DNA of 64,000 bases, from assembly GCA_016748015.1 (NCBI GenBank), contig JAAOMT010000352.1, positions 372,001 through 436,000 of the forward strand. Direction: 5' to 3'. This document shows positions 39,720 through 52,345 of the stretch, one piece after another. Source of the stretch: Geosiphon pyriformis uo1 (Eukaryota > Fungi > Glomeromycota). Numbering within the stretch: the stretch's first letter is position 1; the number at the start of each line of letters is the position of its first letter. Position numbers and translations under genes: made by a program. The notes beneath the pieces were generated by a model that made no database searches, was not told the DNA's origin, and was given only the letters and a program-made list of their open reading frames with translations.

Positions 39720-41067
39720 TTGCTGATATCTTTGCTGAAAACAACAATAACTTAGGAAGAACCGATTTGGTCCAACACCAAATTTATACAGGAGATGCTA
39801 AACCAAGAAGACAACAAGCATATCGAGTTGCTCCAAAAAGCCACCAATTTATCCAAGAAGAAGTACAATGAATGCTTAACAATAGGCTTATCCAACCCTC
39901 CATGAGTCCTTGGGCTTTACCTGTAGTGCTAGTTAAAAAGAAAAATGGAAAGATCTGATTTTGTGTTGACTATCGACAACTCAACAGTGTTACAATTAGA
40001 GATGCCTACCCCTTTCCCCAAATTGATAACATGTTAGATGCCCTTGGAAAATCCAAATACTTTTCAACACTAGATTTAGAAAACAGTTATTGACAAGTTG
40101 CTATAGATCTCAAAGATCGCCCCAAGACAGCATTTACCACCCAAGGCGGAAATTACGAGTTCAATGTAATGCCTTTTGGATTATGTAATGCACCAGCAAC
40201 ATTTCAGAGATTAATGGATGTTGTGTACCAAAGACTTCTTTGGAAGTCAGTAGTCATTTATTTTGACAATACTAATATTTATTCTCCATCATTCAAATTA
40301 CACTTAAAACACCTGCGAGAAGTTTTTCAATGATTACGAAAAGCAGGACTAAAACTCAACATCAAAAAATACTACTTTGGAAAAACAAGTTTGGCCTTCC
40401 TTGGACATATCGTTAGTAAAGATAGAATCAAACCAGACCCTGAAAAAATCAGTGTTGTCAAAAACTTCAAAACTCCTCGAAACACTACAAAACTAAGAGA
40501 ATTCATAAGATTAGCATCTTACTATCAGAAGTTTATCAAAAGATTCTCGGAAATTGCAAAACCTCTCAACCAGCTCACCACCAAAAACATTGAATAAAAT
40601 GGACTACCGAATACCAAAAAGCTTTTGAAATTCTCAAGAAAAAACTGACAACAGCTCCAATTCTTGTCTACCCGGATTTCAGCAACCGATTTTGACTAAC
40701 TACAGATGTTTCATATACTGCCTTTGGTGCCATCTTATCACAACTAGATGACAACAGAAATGAGCAAGTAATTGTTTATGCTAGCAGAACATTAAAACCA
40801 GCTGAAAAAAACTACCCTGTCACAGAACTAGAAACAGCAGCCATAATTTGGGCCCTACACCACTTCAACCTTTACCTCAGGCCTAAAGAATTCGATATTA
40901 TTACTGATAATATTGGACTCAAATGGCTTCAGAACAAAAATACTTAGCTAAATGCAAAACAAACCCAATGGACAGAATTTCTAGCAAACTATCGATACAT
41001 AGTACATCACAAACCAGGAAAACTTCACACCAATGTTGACTGTCTTTCTAGAATGAGACAAGATTAG
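39720..41067 (+). pseudogene. pol: RT and RNase H of D
   Basis: FCVDYRQLN, FSTLDL, KTAFTT, VMPFGLCNAPATFQRLMD, VIYFDN (from YLDD), FLGHIV, TTDVS, ELETAAIIWAL, NVDCLSR. Confidence 0.93.
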
Positions 41068-41118
41068 AAAACACAAAAACCAACACTCAACTTAACCAAC
41101 CAAAAGAGCCAACAAACA

Positions 41119-42504
41119 ATGAATTCAGAAAACTACAACAATCTCAAACAATATTTGGAAACATTAACAATTCCAACAGATTGGTCACCAGATGAAAAAC
41201 ATTGACTACAACAATAAGCCAAACAATATTTTCTACACAACAATATTATTTATCATCGAAATTTCAAAAACCCAAATAAACTACTCAGATTAATACAAGA
41301 ACAGAAAAAAGAGACCATATTATACAACATGCACTCAGATCCTTCATCAGCACACTTCGGAAAAGATAGTACCACTCAAAGAACACTAGAATACTACTTT
41401 TGGCCTCGAATGAGAAAAGACATTCACGAATATGTCGAATCTTGTAATAGTTGTCAAAGAAGAGGAGGAACATGCCCTATTGAACTATTAAATCCAATCA
41501 AAGTTGGACAACTCTTTGACCAAGTTGGTATCGATTTAGTTGGACCACTATCTATTACCACTCAAGGAAACCGTTATATTGCAGTAGTGGTAGACTATCT
41601 TACTAAATGGCCTGAAGCCAGAGCCATTCAACGAGCAGATGCGAAATCAGTAGCAAATTTCATCTATGAAGACATTATTTGTAAACACGGATGTCCAATT
41701 GAACTTTTATCTGATCAGGAGACACACTTTGTGAACAACCTGATACAAGAAATTTGCGAACAATTCAATATCAAAAGACCTCTGTCTTCATCCTACCATC
41801 CACAAACAAATGGACTTGTGAAATGTTTTAACAGAACATTGTGTAAGTCATTAGCCAAAGTCTCAACCAATTTTGAGCAAGAGTAGGATATCTTTATTCT
41901 ATCAGTGTTGCTAGCATACAGAACACTAAAACAAGATACCACAAAACACACACCATTTGATTTAACTTATGGAAGAACAGTAACATTACCAATTAGTTTC
42001 ATAGTGAAAACATACCCAGCACAACCAATTGATAAAAACAATTTCCAAGAAACACTTCAGCGAAAAGCCTACACTCTGCTTAGCACATTGGAAGGAAAAC
42101 AACAAATAGCAGCCACTCATATTGAACACTCTCAAGCTCGACAAAAAGAATGGCATAATAACAAATTGTCTCCAGTCACCAATGAATTTAAAATCAGAAA
42201 CAAAGTTCTCTTACACAAAACGAAAGCTGAAAAACAATGGAGTAGAAAATTTGAAAATAAATGGGATGGACCATTCTTTATCCATGAAGTCCTAGGCAAT
42301 AGATCATACAAGCTAAGACTTGATGACAAAATCCTAGCAAAAGTTGCATATGGAGATTGTTTGAAACACTATTATTCCAAAAAAAATTCTGAACCATTAA
42401 TTCCACAAATTAGTACACATTCTCCTTTAGTCAATTCCGAAGATATTTCCCAAAACTTAAAACCAATAGTTGTCATTGAACAATCTTCCAACCTGAATAC
42501 TTAA
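41119..42504 (+). pseudogene. Integrase of D (no chromodomain seen)
   Basis: MHSDPSSAHFG...CNSCQ, GIDLVGPL, LSDQETHF, YHPQTNGLV, KWDGPF. Confidence 0.93.
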
Positions 42505-42610
42505 ATTAATTTTACTAGTTATTCCCTTATAATTTAGAAACAATCAAAACAAAAATAACATAAAAACCCATACACCAAAAATAATTTTCTTTTATTTCAA
42601 ATTTCTTATA

Positions 42611-43290
42611 ATGACTATTCTTCAAAACATTCAACAATTATCCCAAAAACTAATATTAGCTTTAAAAACAATATCCGAATTATCTATTACTGTTACTGGA
42701 AACCACATTAATTATATCCAAACAGAAGTAGTTACAAATTTAGCCCCAAATTCACGAAAATATCATCCATATAAGAAAAACACAAGAAGTTATTCTGGAA
42801 TTCACCTGCCAGAACTTTTAAAGCTTGCTTTAAGAGAAAACCTAATGCTCATTCCAATTAGTATTCCACCAAATGCTACAATTCAACAAAGACTTCAACT
42901 GTGTCTCAAGGAGGAAAACACTGAATATCCTCCAATCTATAGATATTTCTACATTGGAAAAACACTCTATAAATGAAAACTGGAACTTATAACAGCAAAC
43001 CTCACAAAAAAAGCCATTCAGAAACAACTCCACAATGAATTCAAGACAACAGCTAGATCAACAAACAGTTGCTACAAGTTCAGAGCTGCTCTTAGACTTT
43101 ATGACCTATTTCACATCTGTAAAAACGTACTACAAAACCCAATTTTTCAATCTTTGAAGACTCAATACATTGGAAAACTCACAGAACTGAAATTTCAATA
43201 ATTTTCAGACCAAATTTCTTCAATAATTTTGGATTATTATCTGGAAATGACAGACAGTACTTGGACTTTGATGGAGCTCAGTTTTGAGGA
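42611..43290 (+). pseudogene. ORF3 of D (post-integrase, unknown function)
   Basis: About 225 codons in one frame with two internal stops (TGA, TAA). MTILQNIQQLSQKL...YRYFYIGKTLY...RAALRLYDLF...IGKLTELKF. Confidence 0.75.
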
Positions 43291-43298
43291 GGAGGTTA

Positions 43299-44280
43299 TG
43301 TTATTAGATGAAATTAGAAATATTATTTAGCATAAAATTATCTTATAATTCCTATTATTAATTAGCATATATTATTGTTTCAAATTATCACTTATTACAT
43401 TAGCAAAATGTTCAAAATTATCATTTAATTAATAACTCAATTTGTACACAACACAAATATAACCTAATTGCAATAATCAATCATGCAATACCCTGAACTA
43501 TGTAATATTTAAAAGTTTGCCGAAATTTGTAGAAATTCGCCGAAATAATTGATAGTTCACTGAAATATCTAATAGTTTGCAGAAATAACTTATAGTTTGC
43601 CAAAATGTATCTTTAGTTCAGCAAAATTGTAGAAAATAGCAAAGTTCAAGTTCATAGAATAGTGTTATGACAAGTTGTATAAAAGAAGAGCTTCTCTCTT
43701 TGAGAAAATGTATCTTACTTTAGATTTATTACTTAGAACTATTCCTACATACACAGAAAGAAATAAATATCAAATAATTCGAAAAACCAAATTCTTTAAA
43801 TTATTGCACTTGGAAAATCCTCAAAAACCCAACTAACATTTTGAAATTGATTAGCTACCAATTTCAGTAAACTGTTAGTGACTCCAGACCTGGATAGAAA
43901 AACGTTTTCCTTGATAAAAATCCTATTTCTTTTACATTTCTTTTATTTTATTTTCTTTTCTTATTACAATCATTAAGGTAGTCTACAGATGAGATTCCTG
44001 TAGAAGAGTTGACTTTTACAGCAAAGTAACTACACATTTTTAGTGAGCTTCCAGATAAGCAATTCCTGAGAAAGAGTTGACGTTTACTACAACGTAACTA
44101 CATAAAGCAACTGGCACAGAATTGGCCATTCCACTCATAAGCCTAACAAGTTTAAATTATAGGAGATAATTTGAAGATAAATTCAGTTATTGGAGGTCCA
44201 ACTACTTCCTGGAAACGTGAATTCACAACAAATCAACATTAACAACATTTAAGAAAAGAGACCAAAAACCTCCGATAACA
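43299..44280 (+). repeat. 3' LTR of element D
   Basis: Pairs with 34426-35402. Confidence 0.95.
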
Positions 44281-44551
44281 CCAGTCATCATGCCAAGAAA
44301 AAAATTGACAGAATTGCAATTCTGAGAAGCTACAGATAACAATTATTGAATCTCTGTCTATTATACAAAGAACTCCACCAAAACCTTCAAAGTCATAATA
44401 TTTTTAGCAACCAATATTAATCAAGTCATTGAACACCAAGTTACAGGTTTTGTTATTTGCTTTGAGACCTCAAATAAATACTTATAACATTTGGTGCTTC
44501 CTGTAAGATATAATTCTATAGAGAACTAGCACCAACAACAATTATCCAAAA

Positions 44552-47500
44552 GTGGCAGAACCAGAAAACATAGGAGCAAACCATTTAGGATTTGCCAAAT
44601 CCTTGTTTTAATAGTATAGCCAACAATTAGGATTAAACAATAACCATTTCCCAACAGAATCAGTCTTCAACTTCTATATCAACAATAAAATCACAGACTG
44701 CTTAGGAGGAACAGTTAATATCAAACCAGCAAGAAAAAACTTTTATACAGAATTATTTCAACACGCCAGCTTACCAAAAAACCACAGTTTCGCACCAATC
44801 ATCAAGAAAATCAACCAAATTATTGAAAGATACACTCAACAACAATTCTCTATTACCTATACAGACAAAGGCAAAGGAAGATTACAAATACCAGTAGTAA
44901 TGCCTAAAGAAATACAACTACCAACTTGGAAGAAAACAAGAATAGAATTACCAACAAATCTATCATACCACTATACACTAGGAAGCACTATCAACATCAC
45001 ATTAACAGATGTATTCACATTAACCATGACATCAATATTTGGACAATTCCCATTTTAGAGTAAACAAAAAAAAAAAGATTTTCTAGGACTATACAATACA
45101 TATTTTGAAAAATTTAAGTCACAATTGCCAACACCATTAGGACTTTGATCTCCACCACTTCAACCAAATTTCGGAACTGCGAGTCTTTGAGAAATAATGG
45201 AATTAAAAGGAGAACAGAAAGAAAAGAAAAAAGAATTTGAAGATTAAGAATTTATTTACCAGAACCCAATCTCTGAAAACCTGGAAGTTGAAACCCTGAA
45301 TCTTCAAACTCAGCAAAATCTAAACTTGGAAAATTCAGAAATTGAAACTCCAAATATTCAAACATCACCAAATCAGAACAATCCAAATCCCAAGTTAATT
45401 AATCAGCAAAACTTACCTTCAGTAATTGTCATTGATTAGCCATTAATTGAACCAATTCAACAGCAGCAAATACCACTACAACAGTTATTACAACAGCCAC
45501 TTCAACCATCACAACAACCCAACTTAGATCCAATGGCTTATCCACCAATCACAAAACTTGAAAAATTTACTGGCAAAGAGGACAATGCCTAAGTATGACT
45601 TAATGACATAGAAAAAGCCATCACAGCCAATAGATGGAATAATGCCAGAGCCATGCAAGTCATTTTATACTTTCTCTAAGATACCACCAACTCATGGTAT
45701 CAAAGCTTGATTAAAAAACTGGTTACCTTCGACGTGTTCAAAACAAAGTTTCTGAGATACTTTAGCAACAACAATAGTATCAATTGCTTGGCCAACATGT
45801 TTACCACCATGAAACAAGAGGAAACTGAAGCAGTCACTACATACCTAGAATGCTTCCATAGAAATCTGCACCAAATTCAAGCAATTCAAGCTGATTATTT
45901 TACAGCACCACAGATTCTAAATCAATTTATTAGAGATTTGTGCAGTAGCATTCTCCAATGCATATGTCCATTACATTTAGCAGACCTTCAAGCTGCAGTT
46001 ACCAATGCCAAAGATTTTGAAGCAGCAGAATTAGAAGCCAATCATGCCCAAGCCATTAATCTAATAATAAATGAATTATCTGAATTGGATTCGAAATTAA
46101 AACAATTCAGTGATTCAATCAATCAGAAATTAAAGAGATATTTAGTTGACAATTGTGTAATTTATCAGCCACCACAATGATGCATTAATTCTGGAAATGC
46201 AAATCATTTCCAAAATCAGTTGTACTCATCATTATCTAATCAGTCATGGCAGCCTGAAATGCATGTTTGCCACAACTGTAGTAAACAAGGCCATATCCAT
46301 GTCAACTGCTATTTTTATAGTAATCCATGATTGGGAAATCAATACAAAAACCTTGATTACAGATTTCAGATCTTGAATCATCACCCAAATCAAGATTAAT
46401 ATTAACCCACTTATCTGCCAATGATACAGCAGCCAATTTATCAACCACCAGTATATCAAACTTTAATTTATTAGCTGTAGCCACAAGTAATATATCAACT
46501 ACAGCCACCAGTAATCTATTAATCCCAACAAATTCAAACATTGCCTCAAAACTTATCACAAAATAGAACCCATAGGCTAAGAATAACACAGCAAAGCTGG
46601 AGATCGGTGATGATAGTTTACCAACTGATCCTCAGTTTATTAAACCAGTTATCAGGATCATACCAGTGGAGTTTAGGGACCAGATATATCCAAAATTCGA
46701 GTTTTCAGAACTATTTAAGTCTCTTGGTTACCCCAGAAGACATCTTATTTGACAATATGGAAACCAACCAAATACAGCCACTTACCAGCAACATTCTACC
46801 AGCTGTCAGTACCAAAGATGAATCACTAGCCACTATATTACCTTTTGATTTTGATGAAATTACACTAGTCCCATTATTTAGTAAAGCCATTCTCAACACC
46901 AAACTGATTACTGCTATGTATACTGATGCAAAAGTTGATGGTTAATCTATTAAGCTTATTCTTGATAGTGGGTCTGCAAGCAGCATAATCACATAACAAC
47001 TTATAGACCAATTAGGTTGCTGAATTGATTGTGCTGCGAGTGCTAGGATTATTATGGTTGATGGAGCTACAAAAACTCCTATCAGCAAGATTGATGACTT
47101 CTCTTTTGAAGTCAATGGCATTACTGTACCCATTAAAGTCTTAGTAATGGAAGCCACTCAATACTAAGCTCTCATTAGTAATAATTGGCTGTCCAAAACA
47201 AATACAACCCTTGATTGGACTACACAGGAGCTCTAACTGAGCCAGAATGGTCAACACATATGTGTACCAGTCATGTATGATTACTTTAAAATGATAACCA
47301 CACCAGCACCACTAATTGAACTCAAAGAAAAAAAGAAAAAACCTACCTGGAAAGCATATCAAGTTTTGTAGGCCGACAATAAGCACAACAAATTACTGTC
47401 AGTGCCTTCATGAGATGACCAAAGAAAGGGAAAGCAAAGAGAGGAATCTACCCAACATAACAATCAGACTTGGGGAACCAACAATGATCAGGACAAACTA

Positions 47501-49077
47501 TCAACAACTTGAGAATGGAGAAAGGATAATATTAGAGAAAAAGAAAAAGAAAAAGAAAAAAATTCAACACCAACTCCCACTCATCATACATATACTTACA
47601 TACCACCACAACCAAACTATCATTGACCAAAGCTTATATGTGTTAATTGTGGCAAGAAATTGTCATCAATGAGTACATATTGTGGTAATAATGAGGAATA
47701 CCAAATAGCACCCAAGTTCTACTGTTGCTCATGCATCATAAAACATTTTGGAAGACTGAAACAAGTAGAAAAATGGGATAACAAATCCTGCTTGGCTTGT
47801 GAAGAAACTCTTCTAGACAAAAAAATATGGAATGACATTCCTGGACAAGGAGAAACGTGTGACAAATTGTGTTAGTACATGATTTTCATAAGCGATTGGA
47901 TTAGAAAAGGAACGCCCATAGATGCTGTTTAGAGATGAGCAGTCAAATGCTTGAATGGTTGTCCACACAACAATAATAAAATTTGGTGAATGGCTCTCAC
48001 CAAAATTGAAGAAGCATTATCAGAAGAAATAAAAATGATCAAAAATAACCCACCAGAACCCATAAAATTCAACTGGAATCCAGAACCAGTCATAAATCTC
48101 TTGGATCCAGAACAATTTCATGAGCACTATTAGGAATTAGCACCCACTAGAGAGAAACAAGAGCAATGCTTGGAAAAAATCAACACTTACTTATATGACT
48201 ATTGTTTAATTCCCTGTGACTTTCAATATTGTAATGAGTGTGACCTCATTTACAATCTACCATCATGCATGATCTACACAATCCCAGAGAAAAATGAACT
48301 AATTAGCTGCTGTGCATCAAAATTAGAATCAACTTTCAATCCTAATTCAAACTCTAATCACAATGACAACAAAAACAACAGTTCCAGCTTTGCACAAAAT
48401 GGCAACAAAAACAACAATAATTCAAACTCCAATTCAAACCCTGAAATATATATTATGCTTTCTAATCTCACCAAGAAGCAAGTACTGAAATGGTTCAGCA
48501 ATAATAACAAAGATATCATGTCTGAATGCACACATGATACTAATACAGAATTTGATCTAAAATATCTGAAAAAAGATGCCATCAAATTGGAACCACATTT
48601 GCACACATGCATTAATCTTAAAGTAGCACTGAAAATCCCAGCAACAATAGTTCAATTAGCATTTAGGAGTAGCTTAGCAAAAAAGAGAATCAACATCAGA
48701 AAAAGAATAATTAACACAGAATACGTAGGAAATATCATTGCTATACTACAAAATGATTCTGAAAAGACCTATATCATAGAGCCAAACAAAAAGATAGCAC
48801 AGGCAATATTCCTGCCTCTGGTGAAAATAGCTCAGTTAATTTCAGTGGAAAATAAGAAAGAGTTAGGAATCACTGTAAAAGAGATACAGGGATTTGGATC
48901 AACAGATAGAATAGAAGTATCAGTCAATATGGCAGAAGAAAAAATTATTAACAAAAGAGAAATTATCTCAACTCATCAATCAATTTCCATTTCACCATAT
49001 GACCAATATATGTTAACCATAAAAAAAAAAGTAAAGAATCAAGCTCAATTGTTTGAAACAAAAGTCACTATTTGTGA
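44552..49077 (+). pseudogene. gag: gag-protease-Cys module-dUTPase of C
   Basis: GTG-led N-terminal domain, MAYPPITKLEKFTG, CHNCSKQGHIHVNC, LILDSGSAS, Cys module 47630-48270, dUTPase 48517-48910 (THDTNTEFDL, QGFGST). Confidence 0.88.
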
Positions 49078-50129
49078 TATTACTCATAGAATATAGGAAT
49101 TAAATATTAGTACATAAATTAGCCAATCAGAATAAATGTAGTAAAAGTAGAATTCCAAGATTTTTCTTAGAAAAATTGCAGAATTCCAGGAATTTTAGAA
49201 TTCTTATATGAGGAATTGCAGGATTCTAGAATTCCAGAATTCCTCTTAAAGGAATTGCAGGATTTCTGGTGTGAAGAATTGAGAAATTCAAGAAATCTTG
49301 TACAATAAAATTTATGTATATATAACAGTAGTATTAGAAGCTAAAAAATTAGTCAATTATGCTTAAAATAAAGAAAACTGAAAGTCAGTAGGACTCTCAG
49401 AGTCAATTAGACTTACAGATCAAAATTATTAAATATCTTTCCTTCAAAAGATAGAATACTATAACTTGAAATAAAATTACTCCCATATTAATGAAATTAT
49501 CTGTTATCCTTAAATCCATGTTATTATCCACTACTTAATCTGCTGGCACAATAGCTTTTAATTATGGCTATTAACAGGACCCTTATTTCTTATTTTATTT
49601 TCTTTATTTCTTTATTTCTTTATTTTCTTTTATTTTCTTTTGTTATTCACTAAATTGATTAAAAGGATTAAGCACTGAAGTACAAACGTCATAGGGACTG
49701 GTAAAAAACCCATGAAACAAGGGTAGAACACTCATAAATTTGAGGATAGCTTACCAGAAAGATTACCGGCCATTATGCTGAAAAAAAAATTTGACAGAAT
49801 TGTGATTCTGGGAGGCTACTGAAACACTATTGAATCTCTGTCCATTATACAAAGGACTTAACCAAAACCTTCAGACAAACAACACCTTCAGATACCAACA
49901 ACTTACAGATATTACCAACACTAATTATATCAATTGAGCACCAAGTTATGGGTTTGTTATTTGCTTTGAGATTCCAAATAATCACCTGTAACATTTGGTG
50001 CTTTCTATGAGGTATAATCTAACAGAAAACCAGCACCAGCAACAACCATGCAAGAAAGTGGCAGACCAAGGGAAAACAAGAGAAAATTACTTAGGATTTG
50101 TGAAATCTTTATTTTATCATTACTTTTGA

Positions 50130-51600
50130 AAAACTCATTAAATTAAAACTCCGATTATTCAAAACTCAAGCATTAAAATCCCGAACATTCAAAACTTATC
50201 TTTGATAAAAAAAAAAATTATTAAATTCAAACTCTGATTATTCAAGACCCAATCGTTAAAACTCCGAACATTTGAAAATTACTGTTAAGAAATTCATTAA
50301 ATCCCATTAAATTAAAAACTCCGATTATTCAAATCCAATCATTAAAATCCCAAACATTCGAAACTTACCATTAATAAATTCATTAAAAACTTGTTAAATT
50401 AAAACTCCAATTATTCAAGACCTGATCATTAAAACCCCGAACATTCGAAAATTATCATTGATAAATTTGTTAAAAACTTGTTAAATTAAAACTCTAATTA
50501 TTCAAGACCCAATTGTTAAAACCCCAAACATTCGAAAATTACCATTGATAAATTTGTTAAAACTCATTAAATTAAAACTCCAATTATTCAAGACCTGATC
50601 ATTAAAACCCCGAACATTCGAAAATTATCATTGATAAATTTGTTAAAAACTTGTTAAATTAAAACTCTAATTATTCAAGACCCAATTGTTAAAACCCCAA
50701 ACATTCGAAAATTACCATTGATAAATTTGTTAAAACTCATTAAATTAAAACTCCAATTATTCAAGACCTGATCATTAAAACCCCGAACATTCGAAAATTA
50801 TCATTGATAAATTTGTTAAAAACTTGTTAAATTAAAACTCTAATTATTCAAGACCCAATTGTTAAAACCCCAAACATTCGAAAATTACCATTGATAAATT
50901 TGTTAAAACTCATTAAATTAAAACTCCATTTATTCAAAGCCTAAGCATTAAAACCCCAAACATTCAAAAATTGCTGTTGATAAATTTGTTAAATCCTGTT
51001 AAATTAAAAACTCTGATTATTCAAAAACCTGATCATTAAATTCGTTAAAAACTCATTAAATTAAAACTCCGATTATTCAAGACCCGATCATTAAAACCCC
51101 AAACATTCGAAAATTATTGTTAATAAATTTGTTAAAACTTGTTAAATTAAAACTCCATTTATTCAAAACCTGATCATTAAAAATCCGAACATTCAAAACT
51201 TACCTTTGATAAATTTGTTAAAAACTCATTAAATTAAAACTCCGATTATTTAAGACCCGATTGTTAAAACCCTAAACATTTGAAAAATTACCATTGATAA
51301 ATTCGTTAAAACTCGTTAAATTAAAACTCTGTTTATTCAAAACCCAATCATTAAAACCCTAACCATTTGAAATTTACTTTTGATAAATTCATTAAAACTT
51401 ATTAAAACTCCGATTATTCAAGACCCAATTGTTAAAAAAAAACCCAAACATTCAAAACCTGATAATTTCAACCCTGCTATCACACAAAAAAACTTACTGT
51501 TGATAAAACTCATTAAATCTCTAGTAATTCAAACTTTGGAAATTATTTAAAAACCTGAACATTTGAAGTCTGATAAATTCTAAACACCGCTATCATACAA
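50130..51600 (+). repeat. Tandem array of an 86-87-bp unit with three identical 173-bp dimers (50401-50919)
   Basis: AAAACTCCAATTATTCAAGACCTGATC recurs at 50401, 50574 and 50747; flanking units are degenerate. Confidence 0.93.
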
Positions 51601-52219
51601 AGAAACTTATCTCCAATAGCCCAATAAAACCTAATTCCCACAGTACCAATAAATCAGCAAAACTTACCTAATGGTCCTGAGTCAGAATATTGGAACATAG
51701 TTATAATCCACTTCCATGCATCATATATTCAAAGAAGAGCCAATCAGCAAGAACAAATGGGAATCAGAATCAAAACTTAATCCTGATTCAAACTCTGCTG
51801 ATGATGACAATAATTCAAACTCCGCTAATGACAATGACAATTTAAACTCTGCCAACAACAATTCAAACTCCACTTCAAACACCAAATGATATATCATGTT
51901 TCTAGATCTTATAATAAAGCAGGAATTAACTCAATTCAATGATAATAATGAGGGCATTATGTCTGAACATGCACATAATACAGATGCAAGATTTGAAATT
52001 GATATTCTGGACAGACTACTATAGTTAAAAACCCCAGTCACGTATAAAATTAGATTTAAAAAAAAAATAGCAATAGAAATTACAGCAACAACATTGATAC
52101 AAAAGAGAGATTTAGAAGATTTTACAAGAGCTCAATATTAAAGGAGAAAATAATGTTACTTATAAAATATAAGAATTAAATATTAGTACATAAATTAGCC
52201 AATCAAAATAAATGTAGAA

Positions 52220-52345
52220 AAGTGGAATTCCAGGATTCTTTTTAAAGAAATTGCAGGATTCTAGGAATTTTAGGATTCTCGTATGAGGAATTGCAGGATT
52301 CCAGAATTGCGGAATTCCAGAAATTTCAGGATTTCTGGTGTAAAG
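52220..52345 (+). promoter_or_regulatory. U3 enhancer array of GGAATTCCA-type repeats with heat-shock-element-like motifs, downstream of a CCAAT box
   Basis: TTCCAGAAATTTC at about 52315; also in C (about 57078) and H (GAAAATTCTAGAA at about 62882). Confidence 0.45.

Larger units (their letters stand above)
34426..44280 (+). mobile_element. Ty3/gypsy element D, full length, least degraded, inserted in the 5' LTR of C
   Basis: LTRs 34426-35402 and 43299-44280, TSD CCAA/CCAG, PBS TGGTGCTCTTTCACGG at 35405, PPT GAGGAGGAGG 43286-43295. Confidence 0.95.

Noticed and set aside
42180-42504. Chromodomain at the integrase C-terminus
   Set aside because: Only the GPF/SH3-like region and a short tail are present; no chromodomain aromatic-cage pattern.
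42611-43290. env gene / endogenous retrovirus
   Set aside because: No signal peptide, transmembrane anchor or furin-fusion peptide pattern; too short.
44492-44510. tRNA genes, or a firm primer tRNA identity
   Set aside because: These are only short PBS complements. CpG decay obscures the original sequence, so the tRNA cannot be named without the host tRNA set.
50130-51600. CRISPR-like array
   Set aside because: Units are contiguous tandem copies with no unique spacers and no cas genes, in a eukaryotic LTR-element context.
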